Below, piece after piece: positions 36,835-45,698 of a DNA stretch of 64,000 nucleotides. Position numbers and translations under genes: made by a program. The stretch lies in IMG/VR virus record IMGVR_UViG_3300037424_000117, positions 2,529 through 66,528 of that record. One strand, written 5' to 3'. Within the stretch, counting starts at the first letter, position 1. Every line of letters starts with the position of its first letter. The DNA is from a virus. Lineage: Duplodnaviria; Caudoviricetes. The notes beneath the pieces were generated by a model. The model worked only from the letters and a program-made list of their open reading frames with translations, was not told the DNA's origin and did no database searches.

Positions 36835-38721
36835 ATGAGCGTCCGACTTATAAATATCCCGGCCCCGACCGAATCCCCAGCCGATCAGTTCAAGCGGCTG
36901 GGGGTTCCTACTCGCGTTGACGTTCTCACCGATGCGGACAACGTGTGGGTGCCCTATGCTGCGAGCCTGCTGTACCGGGCTCGCGCGTTCCTGAAGGTGA
37001 ACCGGCAGAAATTGTTCGCCCGGCACTACACCATCGGTGATGTGAAAATCTTCATCCGCATCGGGCCGGGCAGCGAGTACATTCAGATTCGTGCCGGCGA
37101 ACCGGGCAGCTTTTATGTTGTACCAGTTGTGTTCAAAATTTCAACCGCAGCAACCACGACCGGCGATGCGGCATTTCTGAACAGCACTCTTACTAAAGCG
37201 AGCCCGGTCGAAATTGACTTAGAAATTCCGTCTATGTTCCCACACGGAGCGCCGGGCCGCAAAATCTTTGCGGGCGCAAGCGACGGCGTCGATCGCGGAT
37301 ACTTGTCTGGTCAGACACTGATCACGGGGGGCAACGCAAAAGTTGCAAACACCGCTGGAGTCTTCAGGCATACGTACATCGAGGATGATGTAGCGAAGGT
37401 AGAGTTCCTGCATGGCGTAGCCGGCCCAACCGATCCGACGCCAAGCAATAACGACGGGCTGTGGTACCACTCCGCCGCACTTGGAGACCAGCTTGTCCGG
37501 TTTGTTGACCTTCCCATTGACCGTAGACCCGCTCTGCATGTGTCCATGTTCGCCTCGAAGGACGGTAAAAAGATAGTGGCGGAAGAACAGTTCGCTCCTG
37601 ATCTTGTTCCTGATCCGGGATACGACGACTGGTTCATTCTTCGGTCGATCATTGACGTTGATCTTGGCAACCCAGACAATCCGGTTGTGGTATCCGACTT
37701 CTCAAACCCCGGCGTGTATCCGGGCTCGACGTTTGAACTTGGCGGAACAGGCTCCACAGTTGCTGATTCAACTGGGGCAGGAACTTTTGAGTCGCCGCAC
37801 ATTTCAACATTTATCGGGGAGTTGACTTACCCGGTCAGCACTGCCATAGACAGTGCCAATGAACTAATTCAGACAATCGTTCTGCTGGAGTACAACTACA
37901 GAAACGAATTTTCTTCTGCGTCGAGTGGCAACTTTGCCATTGGGATCACCACTCATCGCAAGGTTTCTACATCGTCGCCGGCAACCATCAGGGTAGAAGC
38001 TCCGGGAATGGGCATAGATATTCCGTTCAACTTCACAGGCAACAACCGCGAGATTGAGTTCGAGGCAACGGAATTCTTCTTCCCTACTTCGTATAGCATA
38101 AGCACTCTAGTGCCCCCGTTTTCAGACACCAGTGGTGTAGCCGGGGGCAATGCTTCGGTGCTACAGTTTGCGTTCTCGAACACTGCCCACAAGGCAATTG
38201 TTTACCTGCTCGATGAAGTATATGGAAACAATGAGTACGGTGAAATTTTTGGGTCTCCTAGTGGATACTCAGTATCACGCACACGCACCGTCGTACGAAC
38301 GCGGCGCATCGTCGCTCATGTAGGAACGGCAACTCATGTGCTCTCTGATGTGATCGACGAGGCCGCGCCAGTTGGGCCGACTGATGTCATCATAGCATCG
38401 GAGTTTCCCGATGCTGGAGTTCCGACAGGCGTGACATTGCCCAGCGCTACACACCCAAACTTATACTTCCGTGCAAACCGAACTCTGGGGGACTTCGTAC
38501 AGGTTGCTACCATTGACAGCACCAAATATATTGGCTCTGTCAAGCTGCCCCCTGACCCGTTCAGCGACGCGGATGAAGATCGTGAATGGTTCACCTTCAG
38601 CCACAACGATGTCGCGCTGAAGAAGACGATTGTGAACCACGTACTCGAACCAGCAGAACCGATCGAGGGCGCAGCGCTCGACGACTACAAGATTTGGTTT
38701 ACCGTAATCCGCGCCATCTAA
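36835..38721 (+). CDS. 628-aa beta-rich protein, possibly virion/receptor-binding; atypical codon usage
   Basis: Long ORF rich in Thr/Ser/Gly; many A/T third positions after ~37100. Confidence 0.6.
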   Translation: MSVRLINIPAPTESPADQFKRLGVPTRVDVLTDADNVWVPYAASLLYRARAFLKVNRQKLFARHYTIGDVKIFIRIGPGSEYIQIRAGEPGSFYVVPVVFKISTAATTTGDAAFLNSTLTKASPVEIDLEIPSMFPHGAPGRKIFAGASDGVDRGYLSGQTLITGGNAKVANTAGVFRHTYIEDDVAKVEFLHGVAGPTDPTPSNNDGLWYHSAALGDQLVRFVDLPIDRRPALHVSMFASKDGKKIVAEEQFAPDLVPDPGYDDWFILRSIIDVDLGNPDNPVVVSDFSNPGVYPGSTFELGGTGSTVADSTGAGTFESPHISTFIGELTYPVSTAIDSANELIQTIVLLEYNYRNEFSSASSGNFAIGITTHRKVSTSSPATIRVEAPGMGIDIPFNFTGNNREIEFEATEFFFPTSYSISTLVPPFSDTSGVAGGNASVLQFAFSNTAHKAIVYLLDEVYGNNEYGEIFGSPSGYSVSRTRTVVRTRRIVAHVGTATHVLSDVIDEAAPVGPTDVIIASEFPDAGVPTGVTLPSATHPNLYFRANRTLGDFVQVATIDSTKYIGSVKLPPDPFSDADEDREWFTFSHNDVALKKTIVNHVLEPAEPIEGAALDDYKIWFTVIRAI

Positions 38722-38732
38722 CAGGGGGAACT

Positions 38733-39308
38733 ATGAACCACCACATCATGATTGATTTGGAAACACTCGGCACTCACCAGACAGCGCCCATCGTCACAGT
38801 CGGGCTCGTTGTGTTCTACCCTACCGGGCAGGACATCGTTGATACCAGAGCATTCGTCCTGAACGTGGATGCGCAGGCGAAGATTGGGCGTATCGCGCAC
38901 TCTGACACTCTGGAGTGGTGGCTGCGGCAGGACAAGTCAGCGCAGGAAAAATTAGCCGACGCGCTGCTTCTGGGTAGACTTATCGCGAGTGGCAATCTGC
39001 ACACGCAACTGCTCAATGTGGCTTCCTACATTAGTCTCACAATTGGCGACTTCGGAATGGTATGGGGTTACGGCGCGAACGAAGACATCGCGTGGCTAAG
39101 CGGTTTGTTCGATAGCGTCGGCATCGCACGCCCGTGGCACTACCGCAAGGTGGCCTGCTATCGCACGATCCTGCGCGAGCACGGAGCGACCGGGGATGAC
39201 TGGGTTGCTCCGACCGTTGCGCACGACGCGGTAGCTGACGCCGTCGCACAGGCCAAGACCTTGCAGCGCATCTGCGCTCGCACCGGTCGCAACATGGAGG
39301 ACGCATGA
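38733..39308 (+). CDS. DEDDh 3'-5' exonuclease
   Basis: IMIDLETL, WGYG..ED, HDA..DA..QA. Confidence 0.85.
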   Translation: MNHHIMIDLETLGTHQTAPIVTVGLVVFYPTGQDIVDTRAFVLNVDAQAKIGRIAHSDTLEWWLRQDKSAQEKLADALLLGRLIASGNLHTQLLNVASYISLTIGDFGMVWGYGANEDIAWLSGLFDSVGIARPWHYRKVACYRTILREHGATGDDWVAPTVAHDAVADAVAQAKTLQRICARTGRNMEDA

Positions 39309-39745
39309 CCGACTTCGTGCTAGGCTTCGCGTTCGCTGGCGAAAAGGTTGTGCTCATCCAGAAGACAAAGCCCGAGTGGCAGAAGGGCAAACTAAATGGA
39401 CTCGGCGGGAAGGTTGAAGTTGGTGAGCACCCGTTACAGGCTATGGTACGGGAGTTCGAGGAAGAGTGTGGCATTCATGTCCCTCTCAAACAATGGACTC
39501 AGTACGCCGAGATGCATTCGGGCCAGCACTTGATACACGTGTTCAAAGCCGAGATCAATCCTACCGTGTCGCCACACGCGTTTAAACAGACAGACGAGGG
39601 ATGGGTCAGTCTGTACTACTGGCCGTCTGCCGCACAACTCAGCTATGCGCTGCCGAATCTGGCGTGGCTGATCCCGCTTGCGAGGATGGAGGCCGGAGTG
39701 TATGCCGACATCTTTTACCCGCACGATCCTCTGGAGAAGAAATGA
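39305..39745 (+). CDS. Nudix hydrolase
   Basis: Nudix box GGKVEVGEHPLQAMVREFEEECG. Confidence 0.9.
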   Translation: MTDFVLGFAFAGEKVVLIQKTKPEWQKGKLNGLGGKVEVGEHPLQAMVREFEEECGIHVPLKQWTQYAEMHSGQHLIHVFKAEINPTVSPHAFKQTDEGWVSLYYWPSAAQLSYALPNLAWLIPLARMEAGVYADIFYPHDPLEKK

Positions 39746-40431
39746 GCCACGTCGCTTGGTCGCACTCACGCGTGAAGGACTTCGTGAAGTGCGCCTATAT
39801 GTTCTACATGAAGTCGCTGGCCCCCAAGGGCGAGCGCGTCAAGTTCATTCAGTCCGACGCGATGAAGCAGGGCGAGCTTCAGCACGCGATGCTGGAGAAC
39901 TACGTGTCGAAGGGCACGCCGATCCCCGAGGCTTACCGCGCCAAGCTCCAGCCGATCGGCGACGCAATGAAGGCGGCTGACGGTCAGACCTTCACCGAAC
40001 TGGAACTCACGCTGAACGAGAGCTTGGTCCCGTGCGGATGGTTCGCCGAGGAAGCCTTCGTGCGCGTGATCATCGACGTGATGAAGATCAACGGGCCGGC
40101 CTGTTTCGTCGGCGACTACAAGACCGGCACGCCGGACTTCGACGAGGAACAATTGAAGCTCTTCGCCGCTGTGATCTTCCAGACATTTCCCGAGGTTATG
40201 ACTGTCACGACGGCGTACATCTGGCTGAAGACCGGCACGCTGGATTCAGCCGTGTACACACGCGACATGGTGCCGGCACTTTGGTCGGCGCTTCTCGTTG
40301 AGCCACAGCGCATGCAGGAAGCGAACGTGATGAACCTGTGGCCGAAGCGCTCTGGCCGCTGGTGCAAATACTGTGACGTGAATCGAGAGGGCAAATGCGA
40401 CAAGGCATCTACGAGGTATGGCGGTGGATAA
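39742..40431 (+). CDS. PD-(D/E)XK / Cas4-like exonuclease
   Basis: WSHS....C, G...H, ID, DYKTG, QL.L, C..C..C. Confidence 0.85.
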   Translation: MSHVAWSHSRVKDFVKCAYMFYMKSLAPKGERVKFIQSDAMKQGELQHAMLENYVSKGTPIPEAYRAKLQPIGDAMKAADGQTFTELELTLNESLVPCGWFAEEAFVRVIIDVMKINGPACFVGDYKTGTPDFDEEQLKLFAAVIFQTFPEVMTVTTAYIWLKTGTLDSAVYTRDMVPALWSALLVEPQRMQEANVMNLWPKRSGRWCKYCDVNREGKCDKASTRYGGG

Positions 40432-40936
40432 AGGTGCGGTGCTTTCGGCGTGCGGCCTGTACCGTTATTACCTGTACCGTTCATGGGACGCGACACTCCC
40501 ACGTATGGGGATCGTCATGCTTAACCCCTCGACTGCGGACGCAGAGGTCGATGATCCAACGATTCGGCGCGTCGTGTCTTTCGCGGAAGGCTTCGGATTC
40601 GGACGCGTGGATGTCTGTAACCTGTTCGCATACAGGGCCACCGAACCCGATGAACTTCTGACGGTGCTGAGCCCAGACCATGAACCGGGCAATCCGCACG
40701 CCAACACAACGGCGCTGCGCATGATGTGCGACCATGTTGACAAGATCGTGATCGCGTGGGGAAACCCGGAGATTGCGTGCATTCGCGGCTCTGGTAAGGG
40801 CGCTGTCAAGATGATGCGCGAATGGTGGGGCAAGAAGGTGTACGCACTGAAGATCAACAAGGGCGGTGAGCCGGGGCACCCGCTGTACCTGCCGGGCGAC
40901 TCGACGCTGATCGAATACACGAGGGAGCATCCATGA
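40418..40936 (+). CDS. DUF1643-family protein
   Basis: S.CG.YRY.L.R.W, MLNPSTAD...DDPTIRR, NLFAYRAT.P, AWG, HPLY. Confidence 0.85.
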   Translation: MAVDKGAVLSACGLYRYYLYRSWDATLPRMGIVMLNPSTADAEVDDPTIRRVVSFAEGFGFGRVDVCNLFAYRATEPDELLTVLSPDHEPGNPHANTTALRMMCDHVDKIVIAWGNPEIACIRGSGKGAVKMMREWWGKKVYALKINKGGEPGHPLYLPGDSTLIEYTREHP

Positions 40937-41169
40937 ACTACGACCGACGCAACATGCCGAAGTGCTTCACCTTCGTGGACGACTGGCGCGAGTGGAACCA
41001 CCACGCCGACATCGCCGACAAGCCGAAGCACCGCGCGAACTACTGTACCGACTGCCTGCCGTCGTTTAAACGGCGCATGATCGCCGAGGGCCGGTGCCGC
41101 TTCCCCGCCACGACGTTCGTCACGCACGTAGCAGTGGACCACATCGAGATCATCGGGGTGCGAGCATGA
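40933..41169 (+). CDS. Cys-containing small protein (78 aa)
   Basis: YC.DC.P.FK..M...RC; coupling. Confidence 0.65.
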   Translation: MNYDRRNMPKCFTFVDDWREWNHHADIADKPKHRANYCTDCLPSFKRRMIAEGRCRFPATTFVTHVAVDHIEIIGVRA

Positions 41170-41333
41170 GCGACGCGCTGAAGTGTTACTGTTGTGGCGA
41201 ACCGCTGGGGAAGACATTCTGCATCGTCGCATACAAGGGAAGCGATCGCGGATTTTTTGTGGCAACCAACCATGTCGAACGTGTGCGTGACAAATGTAAC
41301 ACGCTCGAACTCAAAGTGGAGGTACAGCCATGA
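41166..41333 (+). CDS. small Zn-binding protein (55 aa)
   Basis: CYCCG...H...; ATGA coupling. Confidence 0.5.
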   Translation: MSDALKCYCCGEPLGKTFCIVAYKGSDRGFFVATNHVERVRDKCNTLELKVEVQP

Positions 41334-41683
41334 CACCCGAAGGCAAGGTCAAGAAGATGATTAAGGAACACCTTGAGCAGTTCGGCGAGGACGTGTACCA
41401 GCACTGGCCTGTGCTCAACGGCATGGGCTCTCCGGAGCTTGACTGCAACCTCATCGTGGACGGACGAGATGTCAGCATCGAGGCCAAGGAACCGGGCAAG
41501 CACATGACCCCGCGACAGCAGCTTACCGCCGCCGCTAAGCGCCGCGCGGGTGGCCTAGTATTCGAAGTAGATTCAGAGTTCGACATGGCGTTCGCTGTAC
41601 GAGCAATTAAACACATCCTCGCTCACCATCCGATGAAGGCATGGGACGAAGAGCAACTTAACATCGAGAACAAAAATGTCTGA
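41330..41683 (+). CDS. VRR-NUC nuclease
   Basis: PEGKVK...G.P.LD......IEAK.PG...TPRQ. Confidence 0.85.
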   Translation: MTPEGKVKKMIKEHLEQFGEDVYQHWPVLNGMGSPELDCNLIVDGRDVSIEAKEPGKHMTPRQQLTAAAKRRAGGLVFEVDSEFDMAFAVRAIKHILAHHPMKAWDEEQLNIENKNV

Positions 41684-41903
41684 CATCATAGATGACGCGC
41701 AGGAGTACAACGAACTCTACCAGCGGGTAGCGTTCGACAACCAGCGTGCCAAGAATAAGCCGGAGTTCGACGAGCGTTTCAACGGGAAGGATTGCGCCGA
41801 GTGCGGCGAGGAACTCCCGAAGGAACGGATCGCGATGTATCGCGTCTTGTGCACGTGCTGCCAATCCGACAAAGAAAAGCGCGAGAGACTATTCGCACGA
41901 TGA
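41676..41903 (+). CDS. TraR/DksA C4 zinc-finger protein
   Basis: D.IDDAQE acidic tip; C..CGEE.P.ER......C..CQ...E. Confidence 0.85.
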   Translation: MSDIIDDAQEYNELYQRVAFDNQRAKNKPEFDERFNGKDCAECGEELPKERIAMYRVLCTCCQSDKEKRERLFAR

Positions 41904-43540
41904 GCTACCTGATCGCAACTGATCACAAGGCGCTAATCCTCAACGCTGACCAGCCGCAGGTGCTGCTGGACAGGGTGACAGGTGCGCGTCCATTCGAGGG
42001 CCACGTCGCCGCGCCTCACGACATCACAGCGACACAGCAGCTTCGCAAGCTGGGCTTCCCGATCCCCAGCCCCATCGGCTTCTACTATGACTGGCCGAAG
42101 ACTAACGGGCAGCACGTGCCGCTTGTGCACGCCAAGGAGACCGCCGCGTTCCTCACGCTGAACAAGCGGGCCTACGTGCTGAGCGAGATCGGCACGCACA
42201 AGACTGCGTCCACACTCTACGCGTCCGACTACCTGATCAACACGGGTGTGATCAGACGGGTACTGATCGTCTCGCCACTGTCCACACTGGAGCAGGTGTG
42301 GGGCGACACGGTCTACTTCACCTTCCGCGACAAGTCCGGCGTCGTGCTACACGGCACAGCGGAGAAGCGCCGCAAGCTGCTGAAGCAGGACCACCACTAC
42401 TACGTGATCAACCATGACGCGCTCGACATCATCACCGACCGCAAGTACACGACCAAGGACATTCACGGGGACAAGATGAACCCCACGGCGATCACGGCCA
42501 CGGTCAAGAAGCTCGTGGACGCGAAGCTCATGCGCGACGACATTGACCTGATCATCATCGACGAGCTTGCCGAGTTCCGCAACTACGACACGGAGCGCTA
42601 CGCGATCATGAACAAGGTGATCAAGCCGGAGCACTGGGTCTGGGGGCTCACCGGCACGCCGACGCCGAAGGATGCGCGCGACGCGTACGCGCAGTGCAAG
42701 CTCGTCACGCCGTGGACGGTGCCCAAGTTCTTCACCATGTGGCGCCAGATGACGATGATCCAGATCAACCAGTTCCGGTGGGAGGATCGCAAGGAGGCGA
42801 CCGAGATCGTCGCCGCTGCGATGCAGCCGTCCATCCGGTACAACCGGGCGGAGTGTTACGACTTGCCGCCGACCACGTACACGGGCCGCGACTGCGAGTT
42901 GACGGCTGAGCAGAAGAAGCACTACCAAGAGATCATGACCGAACTCGTAACCATGTCCTCGACCGGGCAGGTGATCACTGCGGTGAACGAGGGCGTGAAA
43001 CAGAGCAAGCTGTTGCAGATCGCGTGCGGCGTGGTGTACGACAAGAAGGGCAACGAGGTTGTGATCAAGGCGACGCCGCGCCTGAAGCTCGTGGAAGAGA
43101 TCGTGGAGCAGGCCGGCCAGAAAGTGATCGTGTTCGTGCCGTTCACGCACGTACTGAAGGACGTGGCCGACCACCTCGCGAAGCGCTGGACCGTGGAGAT
43201 GGTGCACGGCGAGGTGACTAAGTCGCAGCGCGACGACATCTTCAACCGGTTCCAGAAGACGCGCGACCCGCACATCCTCGTGGCCGACGCCCGCACCATG
43301 TCGCACGGGCTGACGCTGACTGAGGCCAGCACGGTCGTGTGGTATGCGCCGGCACCGAGCAACAACATCTACACGCAGGCGAACGGGCGCATCACGCGCT
43401 CCGGGCAGGTGAACAACACGTACATCATCCACATCAGTTCAAGCCCGCTGGAGCGCCGCATCTACAAGCGCCACCAGAATCAGACGAGTTCGCAGGGCGT
43501 GCTGCTCGAACTGATCAAGGAGATGATGTCTAGTGCTTGA
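41900..43540 (+). CDS. SNF2-family helicase
   Basis: EIGTHKT (Walker A variant), IIDE, LTGTP, HGLTLT, QANGRI.R.GQ. Confidence 0.9.
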   Translation: MSYLIATDHKALILNADQPQVLLDRVTGARPFEGHVAAPHDITATQQLRKLGFPIPSPIGFYYDWPKTNGQHVPLVHAKETAAFLTLNKRAYVLSEIGTHKTASTLYASDYLINTGVIRRVLIVSPLSTLEQVWGDTVYFTFRDKSGVVLHGTAEKRRKLLKQDHHYYVINHDALDIITDRKYTTKDIHGDKMNPTAITATVKKLVDAKLMRDDIDLIIIDELAEFRNYDTERYAIMNKVIKPEHWVWGLTGTPTPKDARDAYAQCKLVTPWTVPKFFTMWRQMTMIQINQFRWEDRKEATEIVAAAMQPSIRYNRAECYDLPPTTYTGRDCELTAEQKKHYQEIMTELVTMSSTGQVITAVNEGVKQSKLLQIACGVVYDKKGNEVVIKATPRLKLVEEIVEQAGQKVIVFVPFTHVLKDVADHLAKRWTVEMVHGEVTKSQRDDIFNRFQKTRDPHILVADARTMSHGLTLTEASTVVWYAPAPSNNIYTQANGRITRSGQVNNTYIIHISSSPLERRIYKRHQNQTSSQGVLLELIKEMMSSA

Positions 43541-43570
43541 CGGGGATTGAAGTTCGTAGTATAGTGGGCG
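43537..43570 (+). promoter_or_regulatory. sigma70 promoter with GGGCG discriminator
   Basis: TTGACG-17-TATAGT-GGGCG. Confidence 0.8.
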
Positions 43571-43588
43571 TTCATACACGGGGGTGTC

Positions 43589-43984
43589 ATGACTTACACG
43601 ACTGAGCAAATCATTGAGCAGTACATCACGCTGCGCGACCGCAAGGAAGCGCTCACCGCAACACTGAAGACCGATCTCGAACCGATCGTCGCCGCGATGG
43701 ATACGATCGAGGGATACCTGCTCGACCTGATGAACAAGTCGGGCGAGAGTTCGAAGGCCACACCTGCCGGTACCGCGTTCATCAAGACCAGCGAGTTCGT
43801 CGGCGTGTCCGACTTCGCTGAGTTCTCCACGTTCGCTGCCTCGCAGGAAGACGGCATGCGCTTCTTCAAGAAGGACGCCAACAAGACCGCCGTGCAGGAG
43901 TACATCAAGGAGCACGGCGTTCCGCCGCCCGGCATCAAGTACACCACAGCGCGCGAGGTACAGATTCGCAGGCCGAAGGCGTGA
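43589..43984 (+). CDS. conserved replication-module protein (131 aa)
   Basis: Y..LRD coiled coil; GTAF; PPG. Confidence 0.7.
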   Translation: MTYTTEQIIEQYITLRDRKEALTATLKTDLEPIVAAMDTIEGYLLDLMNKSGESSKATPAGTAFIKTSEFVGVSDFAEFSTFAASQEDGMRFFKKDANKTAVQEYIKEHGVPPPGIKYTTAREVQIRRPKA

Positions 43985-44046
43985 GACCGTACCACGTCAA
44001 CGATCAGAACCAAGCAGTTTTTTCTAAACCAAAGGAGACAGGCACA

Positions 44047-45375
44047 ATGAGCACAGCACTCGCAATTCGCGACATCCAACTGCCGGCGCACTTGCAGAAC
44101 CAGACGGCGCTGTTGAATGAGTCCAAGCAGGCAGCAGGCGGTATCAAGGCCGGTGGCTTCCCGTCGATCAGTATCAAGGGCAGCAAGTTCCACGTCAAGA
44201 AAGATGGCGAGTCGAAGATGATCAGCGACCCGCGCGACCCGCAACTTCCGCTGATGAAGCTGAAGGTTGTGATCGTCGGCTGGAACCCGAACGTCAGCAA
44301 GACTTACTTCGAGGGCGAGTACGAGGCAGGCTCCGACAAGGAACCCGACTGCCGCTCCGACGACGGCAGGTTCCCTGACGCAGACATCGCTGTCCCCCAG
44401 CACACAGACTGCACAAGCTGTCCGCAGAACATGTGGGGCTCGAAGGTCAGCAAGACATCCGGCAAGGATGTGAAGGCGTGCTCCGACAACAAGCGGCTCG
44501 CCGTTATCGCGGCGGACGCGCTGGAGTCCGAAGCGCTCGGTCTGCAAGTGACGCCGGCTGCGCTGAAGGACTTCAAGGCGTATGCTGATCTGCTGAACTC
44601 GAAGTCGATCCCGGTCCAGTCCGTCGTGACCGAACTCACGTTCGATCCACAAGCTGGCTTCCCGAAACTCCAGTTCGGTTTCGGCGGCTTCCTCGACGCG
44701 CAGCAGTTCTCCGTGATCGAGCGCCGCATGATCGGTGAAGACGTGGCCGTGATCAAGAACCCGCGCATCGTGTCATCCGCGCGAGCCAGCATCCCGATCA
44801 AGCCCGTCGCTGCCATTGTGCCGTCGAAGCCGGCTGAACAGCAGGACCAGACCCAACGTGTCAACCCGGCTGACGTGGCCGCTGCGCAGGCTTCTATCGC
44901 AGCCGCTGTGCAGCGCGACAACGAGATCGCCGAAGCAGCTAATGCCCGCATCGCTCACCTCGAACCCGGCCTGAAAGCCGCCGTGCTCGCGATGGGTATC
45001 GACTCAGTCGGCGGACAGGCGGTCCTCGCCCAGTTCCCCGCTCCGGCACCCGTTGCGCCGGTCGTGGTGGACCCGTACGCCCTCGTGCCCGAGGCAGTGC
45101 GCGCTGGCATCAAGACCGCCGTCGAAGCGAGTGGCGGGCCTGATAGCGTCGTTGGCAAGCATATCCTGAGCACCTTCACACCGACAGCCGACAAGAAGCC
45201 GTCGCGTGCCAAGAAGACTACCGAGGCAGCACCCGCCGCAGCGCCGGCTCCGGCCCAAGCGCCTGCTGCACCAACTCCTGCGCCGCTGAGCACCGCGCCG
45301 GCAGCGAACGTAGTCTCCGCACTCGGCAGCAACCTGAACGAACTGCTGGGCCAAGCGATGAAGGTGAAGGCATAA
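44047..45375 (+). CDS. ssDNA-binding/annealing-type protein with Ala/Pro-rich tail
   Basis: FPSISIKG.KF, PDC.S.DG..P, C.SCP.N.WGS....KAC pattern; RBS aaggag. Confidence 0.65.
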   Translation: MSTALAIRDIQLPAHLQNQTALLNESKQAAGGIKAGGFPSISIKGSKFHVKKDGESKMISDPRDPQLPLMKLKVVIVGWNPNVSKTYFEGEYEAGSDKEPDCRSDDGRFPDADIAVPQHTDCTSCPQNMWGSKVSKTSGKDVKACSDNKRLAVIAADALESEALGLQVTPAALKDFKAYADLLNSKSIPVQSVVTELTFDPQAGFPKLQFGFGGFLDAQQFSVIERRMIGEDVAVIKNPRIVSSARASIPIKPVAAIVPSKPAEQQDQTQRVNPADVAAAQASIAAAVQRDNEIAEAANARIAHLEPGLKAAVLAMGIDSVGGQAVLAQFPAPAPVAPVVVDPYALVPEAVRAGIKTAVEASGGPDSVVGKHILSTFTPTADKKPSRAKKTTEAAPAAAPAPAQAPAAPTPAPLSTAPAANVVSALGSNLNELLGQAMKVKA

Positions 45376-45376
45376 C

Positions 45377-45679
45377 ATGTTTGACCGCGACGGGTTCTTG
45401 TCCGTCCTCGCAAACAGCGGCCTCTCGAAAGGGGAGGCCGCTGTTCTCTACGGCGTCACGCGTCAGACGATCTACAACTGGATCGACGGCGGGGAGCCAA
45501 CTCAATCATTCATCGTGACGCATGCTGCCGCGACGACAAAGGGAGTAGCCAACGCAATGCGAGCAAAACTTCTGCCGTTCCCGGCATCGCTCACGATCCC
45601 ACAAAGGAGGAAGCGTTTAAACGCAATGGTGCAGCAACTGCACATCCTTGCGAAGCCGACCTCATTAGAAGTAAAATAA
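45377..45679 (+). CDS. HTH DNA-binding protein (100 aa)
   Basis: EAAVLYGVTRQTIYNWI helix-turn-helix. Confidence 0.8.
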   Translation: MFDRDGFLSVLANSGLSKGEAAVLYGVTRQTIYNWIDGGEPTQSFIVTHAAATTKGVANAMRAKLLPFPASLTIPQRRKRLNAMVQQLHILAKPTSLEVK

Positions 45680-45698
45680 CAGTTCCACTGGGGGAACA

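Noticed and set aside
31956-39745. Hypermodified or Z-base genome
   Set aside because: No PurZ, queuosine-pathway, thymidylate-synthase-like or glycosyltransferase genes were recognised, and apparent restriction-site avoidance suggests unmodified DNA.
39742-40431. Cas4 as part of a CRISPR system
   Set aside because: No repeat-spacer array or other cas genes; standalone Cas4-like nucleases are routine in phage replication modules.
27660-45622. TTTAAAC as a coronavirus-type -1 frameshift slippery site
   Set aside because: Only some copies are in the slippery phase; others are in the TTT-AAA frame, on either strand or in tRNA DNA, and the flanks are palindromic. This fits a dsDNA site better.
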